21,346 bases of DNA from positions 53,964 through 75,309 of the forward strand of contig JBHLKY010000022.1 of assembly GCA_048886185.1 (NCBI GenBank). The letters are read 5' to 3'. Made by a program: the position numbers and the translations under genes. This DNA comes from Candidatus Hermodarchaeota archaeon (lineage in GTDB: Archaea; Asgardarchaeota; Heimdallarchaeia; Hodarchaeales; Hodarchaeaceae). The notes beneath the pieces were generated by a model. That model did no database searches. It saw only the letters and a program-made list of their open reading frames with translations, and had not been told where the DNA came from. Shown in pieces: positions 1 to 10,700 of the stretch (position 1 is the first letter of the stretch; each line of letters starts with the position of its first letter).

Positions 1-1025
1 CTCTCTAAAGCGGTAACAGCAGTCATCAGTGAGATAACTCAAACCACCTTTTATTGGAACGATTCCTACGATTTCGCGTTGGTTGTAAACAACACAGCTT
101 ATAATGAAAATGTCACACTTTACACGAGTACTGAAATCACGATCAATAACCAAATTATTGTCGAATTCTTAAATCGAACAGTGGAACATTATTGGTTCCG
201 CTTCGCCCCTTCTGCCGTTCTGATTGGGATTCATGACATTAATATCACATTTTCTCACGCATTCTTCCTAAACAGTTCCATAAAAGCATCCTTTAAGGTG
301 ATTAGTCGACCTACAAACATCGAAGCACGAGATACTCTCAATAACACGTTACTCACAAATGAAACAAGTACTTATTACCGTCAGTACTCTGCAGGTCACT
401 CAGATATCTTCTCCATTATCCTTAGCTATTATGATGAAGAAACAGAAGCAATCCTTAACACTATCAGTGATCCCCTTGTTGAAAGCGATGGATCGATACT
501 TGTTTACTCAACAAAAGATCCAGTCAGCTATAATTGGACTTTCATATTCAATGGTACCGCTGTCGGTAATTTTCTTATCAATATCACGTTCAACTTAGAC
601 AATTATTCCGTTGCCGCATTTCAGGTGGGATATATTCTCTCTAAAGCGGTAACAGCAGTCATCAGTGAGATAACTCAAACCACCTTTTATTGGAACGATT
701 CCTACGATTTCGCATTGGTTGTAAACAACACAGCTTATAATGAAAATGTCACACTTTATACCAGTCCAGATATCACAATTGACAATCTAGCCATAGTCAT
801 ATTCCTCAATCGGACTACAGAACGTTACTGGTTCCGCTTCGCCCCCTCTGCCGTCCCGATTGGAATTCATGACATTAATATCACATTTTCTCATTTAAAT
901 TTCCAGAACTGTTCCATTGAATTCTCTTTTACGATTATTAATCGTCCCACAGGCATTGAAGCGCGCGATGTGATTAATAAAACTTTACTTACAAATGAAA
1001 CGAGTACTTATTACCGTCAGTACTC
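1..1025 (+). repeat. Intragenic direct repeat, period 636 bp (212 aa)
   Basis: 1-122 matches 637-758 at 121/122 nt (pos 78 g vs a). Further high-identity patches at ~193-257 vs ~829-893 and ~349-388 vs ~985-1024. Confidence 0.95.
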
Positions 1026-4000
1026 GCCAAACAACTATGATAACTTCTCGATTTTAATGAAGTATTATGATAGTACTACAGAACAGACTTTGAATGTTTC
1101 TGAAGGAGAAATATCAATTCAAAAAGATGGTATAATTACAGTTAATAATTGGAAGAATAAGACAACTTATAAATGGACTTTTGTTTTTGAAGGATCAGTG
1201 ATAGGAACATATATCATCAATCTTACCTTCAATCTAGCAAATTATACATCAATTACATTTTCAATAAGATATGTAATTGTACAAGCAACAACGAAAATTG
1301 AAAATCGATCAATAGAACCAGTTCCCTCAATAATTAACGTTAAGGCGGAAAAAGTGATAGAATTTTGGTTAATCTGGCGAAGTGTATATGATGAACCTCT
1401 AAATTCATCAAACGGAGTAATGATCAACGGTACAGATATTACTTTAATAGAAACGGATCCTTTAACTGGAAATCATACGTTTCGTTTTACAAGATCGAAT
1501 CTAGGGACAATCACATACAATCTTACTTTCAAAATTGAGAATTATACAAAATATGAATTTATGATTCGTTTCAATATTTTTAATAGGACAATGTTAATTA
1601 CCGAAGTCCTTTCTCTTCCTGGTATCAGTCAGCTTGTCAATCTTTCATACGGAGAAATCTATGAATTCAATGTTTTTCTCAATGACAGTGAGACTCTGAA
1701 TCCTATTAACGCTTCTGTTCTCCCAACACCGGTAAACATTCGTTTTCTTGATATAGGAAGTGAGGGAAATCATTCTTTCCAATTTAATGCCTCTCAAGCC
1801 GGAACATTTACAAATTTGACTATTGTTTTCTTTATTCAAAACTATGAAACTTTACAGTTCAATATTTCCTTTATTGTAGCATTAGGTGAAATGATTCTAA
1901 ATATTTCACTTTCATCGCACGATAATGATTCAATCATCGACACTCTACAATATGGGGAAGTTTATAATTTCTTAATCTTTTTAAATGATAACCGAACCTC
2001 ATTACCCATTAGTGGGACACCTATCAGCCCATTACCCACATATCTTGCCTTTACAGGAATAACTGCCCCAGGAAATCACACCTTTTCTTTCAATGCTGCA
2101 ACTGTTGGAACTTTTGCTTCATTAAAGATCATTATCAGTGTCCCGAATTATAATAATTTTTCATACCTGATCACATTTGAAGTCCAGAATCGTGAATTCC
2201 TCTTTGATAAATCGTTATCTACACATGAGAATAACTCTATTGTGAATACGCTGCAATACGGTGACATTTACAGTTTTTCGATTTTCCTGTCTGACAATAG
2301 AACCTCATTACCACTAAATGGAACACCTATCAGCCCATTACCCACATATCTTGCCTTTACAGGAATAACCACCCCAGGAAATCACACCTTTTCTTTCAAT
2401 GCTACAACTGTTGGAACTTTTGCTTCATTAAAGATCATTATTAGTCTCCCGAATTATAATAATTTTTCATACCTGATCACATTTGAAGTCCAGAATCGTG
2501 AATTCCTCTTTGATAAATCGTTATCTACACATGAGAATAACTCTATTGTGGATATGCTGCAATACGGTGATATTCATACTTTTTCGATTTATTTAATTGA
2601 CAATCAAACTGGACATCCAATAAATGGAACCCCAATCACACCATCACAAATCACATTCATTGGAATTTCTTCAGCTGGAAACCACACATTTACTTACGAG
2701 GCTATTGAGGTTGGAACATTCCCTTCCTTAACAATTCAATTCACTCTGATTCATTACAACGATATATCATTTGTACTTAGTTTCATTATTCAATATCGTG
2801 TTTTTGCTTTTAATGAAGAATTATCTTCCCTTAGTAATAATTCAGAGCAAGTACTTCATTTCCGCGAGGTCTACTTTTTTTCCATATTTCTGATTGATAA
2901 TCAAAGTGAAAATCCCGTGATTATTACTCCTTCATTTATAGATCTCCCTGATAATATTACACTCGAAATGATTTCTCCTAATGGGAACTATACATTTAAA
3001 TTTATAGGAGAAACAATAGATCCATCTTTATCATTCACTATTACTTTTACGCAATCTTATTATAACACTGCTACGTACATCATCAACTTTAACATTATTC
3101 CCATGCCTACATATGCGCCAGAGATTCATTATGAAGATGAACTGATTGTTGGGGAGTTCTTAATAATTTCTGGAGAAGAATGGGTTGCTTTCAATAATGA
3201 AAATGTATCGATTACCGAAATCCAGTTATTAAATGGAAGCACACCGATATTCTTTTCACAAAGCGATGTACACGGATTTCTTTTTACAATAAACATCGCT
3301 ACTGAAGACTTTAAGCAGGGTATTCATAATTTAACACTTATTCTTTCGAGTTATGGGTATGAGAATCATTCCCTTAGTATCCCAATTGTCATTATTGGAA
3401 GAGATATTGTGATAACAATTAGTATAATCCCTGAGGTGATCAAACAGGGATCAGAATTTTCAGTTCTAGCCACATTAAATTATGGCCCTATAGTTGGTAG
3501 TAATTCTGGTGTTGGGGCTGATATTAACCTTGCTTCTCTAGAAGGAGTTGAGGTATTATTTATTCTTGATATACTATATGAGAATGGAAGCTCAATTACA
3601 TCTAGGTACACAGCAGAAACCAATGCAACAGAAACAGCGATTATAACGATATATAAAAAATATACTATTGCTGCGGAAGGGATCCAAAAAATCACAGTCC
3701 TCTCTGCAGCTACAACCTCAGGTAAAGCAGCAATACAAACCACTCCTGCTGATTTTCTTGAAAATCACAGATTTGAGAAAAGAGAGGAAATTGACTTTAA
3801 CTTATTCAATCTAATTTCGCTAATTGGTCTTTTGATTTTCAGTTCCACTTTATTAGTATTTGGAGGATTGAGATACATAAAAGCGAGAAAACAAAAAGAA
3901 ATTGATCTAGAGAAGATAATAAGTGCACAGGAAAGACCAGAAATCGAAATTGATCTCCCCCCATCAAAAACAGACATAATAACTAGGCCAAAACAATTAC

Positions 4001-4353
4001 AGGCTGAAACTGCTAAGAGTGTAGTAAGTAAAGCTATTGATGAACCTATTGCCGAGTCTATAATCACAGATGTAACAACTTGGACAGATCAATTTCCTCC
4101 AGAATTTTTTAAATTTAAAAAAGAGATAAAATACATCTTTAATTTGGTAATGAATCGAAAAGGACGCTGGGTTGGGCAAACCTCTATAAATTATTTAGTT
4201 AAAAATGCCCCTCCTGAAATTACTACGGAGAACTTAAAGAGACTTTTTACTGACCTCCCATCACAAACAATTTTTTTCACAAGAGAAAGAAGTCTAATAA
4301 AAATAACACCTGAAGGGAAAAAACTTGCCTCAAGCTTACAAAAAGATGAATAA
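1..4353 (+). CDS. 5'-truncated giant cell-surface glycoprotein: repeated Ig-like/beta-sandwich modules, C-terminal single TM helix, ~160-aa cytoplasmic tail ending in a winged-helix-like domain
   Basis: Frame 1 is open from base 1 (LSKAVTAVISEITQ...), so the TTG at 79 is not the real start. Internal 212-aa and 102-aa repeats, dense N-x-S/T sequons, hydrophobic helix LFNLISLIGLLIFSSTLLVFGGL (~3802-3870) followed by RYIKARKQK, stop TAA 4351-4353. Domain names come from motif recognition only. Confidence 0.88.
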   Translation, partial: LSKAVTAVISEITQTTFYWNDSYDFALVVNNTAYNENVTLYTSTEITINNQIIVEFLNRTVEHYWFRFAPSAVLIGIHDINITFSHAFFLNSSIKASFKVISRPTNIEARDTLNNTLLTNETSTYYRQYSAGHSDIFSIILSYYDEETEAILNTISDPLVESDGSILVYSTKDPVSYNWTFIFNGTAVGNFLINITFNLDNYSVAAFQVGYILSKAVTAVISEITQTTFYWNDSYDFALVVNNTAYNENVTLYTSPDITIDNLAIVIFLNRTTERYWFRFAPSAVPIGIHDINITFSHLNFQNCSIEFSFTIINRPTGIEARDVINKTLLTNETSTYYRQYSPNNYDNFSILMKYYDSTTEQTLNVSEGEISIQKDGIITVNNWKNKTTYKWTFVFEGSVIGTYIINLTFNLANYTSITFSIRYVIVQATTKIENRSIEPVPSIINVKAEKVIEFWLIWRSVYDEPLNSSNGVMINGTDITLIETDPLTGNHTFRFTRSNLGTITYNLTFKIENYTKYEFMIRFNIFNRTMLITEVLSLPGISQLVNLSYGEIYEFNVFLNDSETLNPINASVLPTPVNIRFLDIGSEGNHSFQFNASQAGTFTNLTIVFFIQNYETLQFNISFIVALGEMILNISLSSHDNDSIIDTLQYGEVYNFLIFLNDNRTSLPISGTPISPLPTYLAFTGITAPGNHTFSFNAATVGTFASLKIIISVPNYNNFSYLITFEVQNREFLFDKSLSTHENNSIVNTLQYGDIYSFSIFLSDNRTSLPLNGTPISPLPTYLAFTGITTPGNHTFSFNATTVGTFASLKIIISLPNYNNFSYLITFEVQNREFLFDKSLSTHENNSIVDMLQYGDIHTFSIYLIDNQTGHPINGTPITPSQITFIGISSAGNHTFTYEAIEVGTFPSLTIQFTLIHYNDISFVLSFIIQYRVFAFNEELSSLSNNSEQVLHFREVYFFSIFLIDNQSENPVIITPSFIDLPDNITLEMISPNGNYTFKFIGETIDPSLSFTITFTQSYYNTATYIINFNIIPMPTYAPEIHYEDELIVGEFLIISGEEWVAFNNENVSITEIQLLNGSTPIFFSQSDVHGFLFTINIATEDFKQGIHNLTLILSSYGYENHSLSIPIVIIGRDIVITISIIPEVIKQGSEFSVLATLNYGPIVGSNSGVGADINLASLEGVEVLFILDILYENGSSITSRYTAETNATETAIITIYKKYTIAAEGIQKITVLSAATTSGKAAIQTTPADFLENHRFEKREEIDFNLFNLISLIGLLIFSSTLLVFGGLRYIKARKQKEIDLEKIISAQERPEIEIDLPPSKTDIITRPKQLQAETAKSVVSKAIDEPIAESIITDVTTWTDQFPPEFFKFKKEIKYIFNLVMNRKGRWVGQTSINYLVKNAPPEITTENLKRLFTDLPSQTIFFTRERSLIKITPEGKKLASSLQKDE
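1994..2570 (+). repeat. Intragenic tandem direct repeat, period 306 bp (102 aa), ~95% identical
   Basis: 1994-2264 vs 2300-2570 (gaacctcattacc...ctgcaatacggtga), about 12 mismatches in 271 nt by manual alignment; in frame. Confidence 0.97.
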
Positions 4354-4356
4354 GTG

Positions 4357-4376
4357 AAAAAAAAAGATAAAAAAAA
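4357..4376 (-). terminator. A-tract on + strand (oligo-T on - strand); possible archaeal intrinsic terminator of a convergent transcript
   Basis: aaaaaaaaagataaaaaaaa directly after the ORF1 stop. It has the same polarity as the tracts downstream of the - strand genes at 17881 and 18962. Confidence 0.3.
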
Positions 4377-4747
4377 CCAATATATAAATTTGGAAGAGAA
4401 TATGAATATCCAACGCATTATATAAGTTTTCTTGACGATCAGTCTATCTAATAGTGTAAAACCAACCCACTAAAGAATCTAAGAAGATTTACGATAATAT
4501 CAAATGCTGCATAGAATTTGGCTAGATAAATAAATCAGAGCTACAACAAATGTAATTAAGCTTGAAATGGGAATAAACATTTCATTTGCAATAGTATGAT
4601 GAGATTCCTTGTTAAAACAATCATCGTTTTCAAGATAAAAAAAAACTAATTTAAGTTCTTTAAAATATTTCAAAGAAGGATTCGTCATTTTTAGTGACTT
4701 ACTCATAAAACCAAACTCGGAATGAATCAAGAATTAAGTGATGATGC

Positions 4748-7700
4748 ATGAATCGATTAAGATATGTGCTCGAAAAGTATCATATAGGAGGGATGTCAGT
4801 TATCATTATGATTATTGGGTTAATATTTACAAAAATATTGTTACCCCTCCCTATGAATATAACCTTTCAAGATCATCACCTCGATCCTGATGAACTTGCT
4901 GGTAATGGATCTATTAACACAATACAAAGACTAGTGAATCATCCTACCCCGTTACTAAACCAAACGGCCAAAGATTACCTTGATTCAAGCTATTCTACTC
5001 AAGAATCAGCGATAATGCCTTCATTTGAAATAGGTAACCAAATTGGTATAGGAGGAGGAGTCTACGAGGCTTATGATTCTGCTAATCTTACTAGTAGTGT
5101 GAGTCTTGATGTAGATGACAATCATTGGCGAGCCCGTCCAGAAGAGCACGAAAACAGCTTAACGGTCAGTATTCCATCAGGATATACTAACCAATCTGGC
5201 TATTTCAATATATCTGGGGTAACTGCACTACCAGATTGGCGATTAGTTGAAAACGCTACTACTGGAGCTACCTCAAGACAATCAGATTCGTTTTTTGAAG
5301 GTGCTCAAGAATTTACGATAAATGAGACTGACTTCAATATAACAAAAGTCTATGTTTATATCGACATGGTTGATAATGATGGAGGGGACTCTCAAAAACC
5401 CACTGGAGAATTCTTAGTTTTAGGTGATAACTCTGGGGAACCGAATTCAACGGATGTAAAAGGATTTTTTTCATTAGAAACTCACCCAACCTTAGCTGGA
5501 CTGACCGATGGCGCAAGTTGGATTGCATCATCAAATGGCTGGTTAGAATATACATTTTCACCAGCAATTCATCTAACAAAAGGGACCTACTGGCTGACAT
5601 TTAATGATACAATAAGAGACAATGGTGTGGGTTTTTGGCGTTGGTATACACAATCAGAAGGAAGTGGAAATCCAGATAAAGGGGAATGGAATTATAAGAT
5701 TGCTTTACCAAATTGGTTTGAATGGACTGGAGTAGATATGGTGATCATGCCTCAGGTGTTACCTGTGGAGTTAGTTAATTCAAATTATCTGAATAAAAAA
5801 TACACCTCTCCCAAATCTGTAGAGTTCTTATATCAAACATCGATAGATAGCACAGATTTGAGTACATTTACTTGGTTCGAATGGAATGGAACATCAGATA
5901 ATATTCATTACTTCTCGACTAATACCTCGGTGAATTTTACGATAAGATGGATAATTAATATTACCGATTCAAACAATCCCCTACCCATTACAGCCTCTTA
6001 TTTAACTGTAAATAACAGTATTTCTCAGTGGAACTTGACATTCACAACATCAAGTATTACAACAAGCTATGATATTCGTAACCGTTTATTAACCGTGAAT
6101 GGACTAGAAAGTGATTGGAACGGGAGTTCAATATCACATGGTGGTTCGCTAGAGTATAACATAACTCCCTCAGGAGGTTTAAATACCTCTGTTATTTACT
6201 CAAATCAATCTACTCAAATGATAATCAATGCTTCAACGCTGGCGGTGGCTACAGACTGGAATATCACATTTGATGCTCCTAATTATATTTTAGAATTTAA
6301 TATCTCGCTAGGGGGAACAACTCTTGAACTACCTTATCAAACTTTTACAATGAATGATTATAGTCTTGATTTTGAAGTAATCGAGATTGGAAATTTGACT
6401 TACTGGATCGATTATCCTGATGGATCTCAAGTTCTTCAAAAAAATAACATTGACGACAGTCAAACTATAATAACTGATATTTGGGCAATTAATAGTACAT
6501 TAGATCAAACTACAAACATAAATGGCACTTATAGCCTACAAGCTTTCTGGAATAACCTTGAAAAATCGAAGGTTGGTACATTTACACGTATAGTAAACAT
6601 GATTGTTAATTCCACGTTTGATTTCGGATATGAAGCTGAAGTAATTCTAGATACGCATTTAGACATCGTAGTCTATTATAATTCAACTCACAATGCAACT
6701 GTTATCAATAATGCTATTCTTACAGGTGTTCCATCTTGGGGAGCTACTCCCTTAATAGATTTCAACCATACAGCGGCCCAAGGTCCTTATACTTTCTCTA
6801 TTGAAGTTAATGATTCCCAACACAACCCTGGGGATATTATTTCTATCGATATCTCTGCTGAATTACCTGGATTTGTAGGCCATTCAACTACAGTCTATGT
6901 CAAAGTAGTTTCAGATACCTTACTTAGTATCAATACCTCCCAAGAGCTTGTTCTGGAATGGAGAGAAAATATAACAATTGAAATTCAGTACAATGACACT
7001 GGAGGGAGTGGAATTGGTGCTGCAACTATTGCAGTTGATGGTGATTCTGCTAATGTCTTCAACGTGGCAAATATTTATTATTATCGATTCAATTCAACCA
7101 ATCCCAAGTATGGTGGTGTCAGTTCTCATCTTAATTTAAATATAACAGCAAGTCATTCAAATTACCTAACTAGAATTTGGTTCTTTAATCTTACAATCAA
7201 TCTCGGAAGAACAAATATATCTGCGATTATTGATGGAAATGGTGCAGTTTATAATGATACATTAGGAACACAGATATATTACGCTGATAGCTCTGCAGAT
7301 CATGTGTCAATTTTGTTACGTTATTATCATAAGATGACAAATGAAAATTTATCCACATTTGCTACAATAGGTATTGATCCAATTCCAATAATACCTATTT
7401 TAAATTCAGAAGAAGCTGCTGATTCTACATGGAACATTACATTTGATCCTGATCAGGAAGCTATATACAGAATTGAAATTACTTTTAGTTTAACAAATTA
7501 TGAAGATGCTACTTTTATCTTCCGTTTAGAGGTATTAAAAGCTAGAACAAGATTGCAAACAGCTTATCAGAATGACACCAACGTGTATTATGCTGAATAT
7601 TATGATTTCTCACTTTTCTTCAATAACACTGACTGGAATGAAAATATAACATTTAATGGTGAAGGACCAATTGCAATAAATGATACTAATAAAGTGCAAT

Positions 7701-10700
7701 TTTTGAACAGGACAGGGGATCTATTTTGGTTTAGATTTGCATACAACACAAATTTTGTGGGAATAATTACACATTCTATTGAATTAACCTTTATTCTTAC
7801 AAATTTTGAATCCAGCTCTTTAAATGTCATTTTTAACGTTGTTAAAAGTCCTTTCATAGATTTAGATGCATTTGATGTTATTGATGAGATTCCTTGTACA
7901 AATGGAACCATTTACATTAGACATTTCTCCCCTAATGAATTCGATGAATTCTCTATATCGTTGAGCTACTATACAAATAAAACTGGTCGAATTCTGATTT
8001 CTACCCCTAATATTGCTTGTGATCTAACAATATGGATTGGTCAAGTAGAACAGGCAAATCATAATTGGACATTCATTTTTAATGGATCTGCAGTAGGTAC
8101 ATTCCTGATTAATATCTCATTTTCCCATGAAAATTATTCTTCCTTAACATTTACCATTCAATATGTTATTCAACCAGCAGATAGCAGTATAACTGACTAC
8201 TCTCCAAATATTATTGGTACTCCAAATGCAACAATCGATTCGGGAGACTTCTGTGATTTCTGGTTGGTCTGGAAAAGTGAATATAGTGAGAATCTAAATG
8301 ATTCGGATGGAGTAATGATTAATGATTCATCGATGATTTTCATCTCCTCTGATCCGAGTAATGGCACCCATTACTTTCGTTTTAGCGCGAGTGATGTGAA
8401 TGATTACATTATTTCAGTCATTTTCGAGACGAATTTATATACTCCCTTAGAGATAATTCTACATTTTCGGGTAGGAAATCGTACTTTAATTATCAATAAT
8501 GCTCTTTCTACTCATCCAAATAACTGGCTTAGCGAAGTTGGCTTTTTACAGTATGGAGACATCTATTATTTCCACATTGTTATCAATGATAGTGAGACAA
8601 ATAATGGTGTCAACATTAGCACATTCTCATGGTTACCAACTAATGTATCTTTTGTTAATGTATCTTCTGGAGATCATCTATTTACCTATCGTGCAGATAT
8701 CATTGCAACTACAACCTCTGTCTTAATTTCTATCCCATTTAAGCTTAGTAATTATGCTGACGCTTCATATAACATTAGATTTTATGTGAAAGTAGCTGAA
8801 TCAAGATTAGTATCTGTACCATCTACGATTACGACTTATTATTCCCAGGATACAAATTTTTCATTAATTTGGCAAACTGAATCCAATCCAAACGCCCCAT
8901 TCAGTCCAGTATTAAGGATTAATAGCTCTAGAATAATTACTTCCTCACCTTGTCTCTTCGATAATATTACAAATGGCAACTATTCATTCACAGTGTCAGC
9001 TAACCAGGCAGGAACCTATATAGTGACTTTTAACTTCTGGGCATCTAGGTTTGAAAATCAATCTACAGTTATTACTATTATTATCTTACCGTTACCAACA
9101 GAATTGTACTTGGTATCATTGGCCAATAATACCATAATAGGGCAAATAAGTCCGTTTTACTTCTCTGATCAGTACAATATAAGCCTTACATGGTTTGATT
9201 CTATCAATTTTATAGGCATTCGTGATTTCAGCCCAGATTACTTTGGTAACGGCTCAACAATGCTTTCTTTTAGTACTTCATTCAATAATGGTACTCATAA
9301 CTTCATTATTGAAGGAAATTCACTAGGTTTCTTCCAAGTGATAATTGTTTTTGAAATACCAAATCATGTAACTCTGAGGTATTCTGTTTTCATTAATGTC
9401 AGTATAATGCCCACTTCAGCCTTGGATATTACCAATTTCACCTACAATCATTCAATCATTGTTGAAGATATATTTTCAATCACAGGTAATGAAAGTTATC
9501 AGACTTTTCGTGGAACCTTCGTACCAAACACGTTCTCATTCAATGTGAAGATGAATGGCACCTCAGTTGGATTTGATGTTGAGAGAGATGAAAATTGGTT
9601 TAGGATTACTTTTTCGACAGCTGATAATCCATATGGAGATTATAACCTCACAATTCAAGTTAGTCTAACTGGGTATCAAAGTCAGATCATTAGTTTGAAT
9701 CTCACGTTACAAGGCCGTGAAACCATCCTTACTGTGACCTTACCTGGAAAATCTTTAGCACAGGGAGAAGCCATAAAAATATCAGTGTTGTTAAATTACA
9801 CTCAGCTCACAAATGGGGGTAGTGGTTCTGAGATTTTACTTGCTTCCTTGGAAAATGTCAACATTTCCTTTTATATTGAGCTTAAGACCAATGAGGATAT
9901 TATCAAAGTCACAGGTTCCAGTCTAACTGATGTGCTAGGCGAAGCAACCTTCCAAATAAGTGGAGATCTAACTGCTAGCGCTTTAGGATTCGCTAATATT
10001 ACTGTATGGTCTGATCGTTCTTCATCAGGACTACCATCTAGGTATAGCATACCTGCAGCGGAACTTGCCCAATACAAAATCGTTCAAATCTTTGATCCTC
10101 TTGAAATAATCATTCCTGTTGTGACAATTGGCGTGACATTACTCTTGGTTGTTGGAGCAGTAGTTGCGAGTAGTGTGGTCGTGAATCGCAGACGTAAACG
10201 AAGAAGGGCTTCGATTCAAGCAAGACGTAGGAAAATTGAACAGAGTTTTGAAGATATTAAATCCATCCGCTTGTTAATCGCTCGCCATGAATCAGGGTTA
10301 CAATTTTACTCTGAAAAAACCATTGCAGAATTACAAACTGATACTGATGCTTTGTCTGGGATGTCGGCTGCTTTGAGTACTTTTATGGAGGAAGTTTCAG
10401 ACGGAATGCGTTCACGTACAGAGGAACAGAAAGAGAAAGAAAAAATTGAGGTAATGAGCCGTGAAGGCCTTCACATGTTAATTTGGCATGGGAAATTCTC
10501 GAGTTTTATCATTATTTCAGAGATTAGGCTCCCTGATTATTTCCAAGAACGCCTCGCGAACCTAGGCCGGGAAGTTGAAGCTAAATTTGCTAATGATTTA
10601 CAAGACTTTTACAGGTCTGATCAGGTCCCCAGTAATCAGATAAAGAAAATGGTTCGAAAGCATATTCCCCTCCATTATTTCTCTGCATTTATTTTGAATG

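Noticed and set aside
79-81. TTG start of ORF1 given by the ORF track
   Set aside because: The frame is open from base 1 and the position falls inside a repeat unit; the gene starts upstream of the window.
1-758. Direct repeats as CRISPR array or mobile-element ends
   Set aside because: Periods (636 and 306 bp) are multiples of 3 within a coding frame; there are no short repeat-spacer units, cas genes, transposase or target-site duplication.
1994-2570. Near-identical repeat pair as a diversity-generating retroelement TR/VR
   Set aside because: Mismatches are not confined to adenines of one copy, both copies are in-frame tandem domains, and no reverse transcriptase is present in the window.
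359-4418. Short overlapping or antisense ORFs in ORF1 (359-598, 1242-1427, 1645-1839, 3480-3743, 3765-4067, 3997-4179, 4191-4418)
   Set aside because: Shadow ORFs of a long coding gene with no recognisable motifs.
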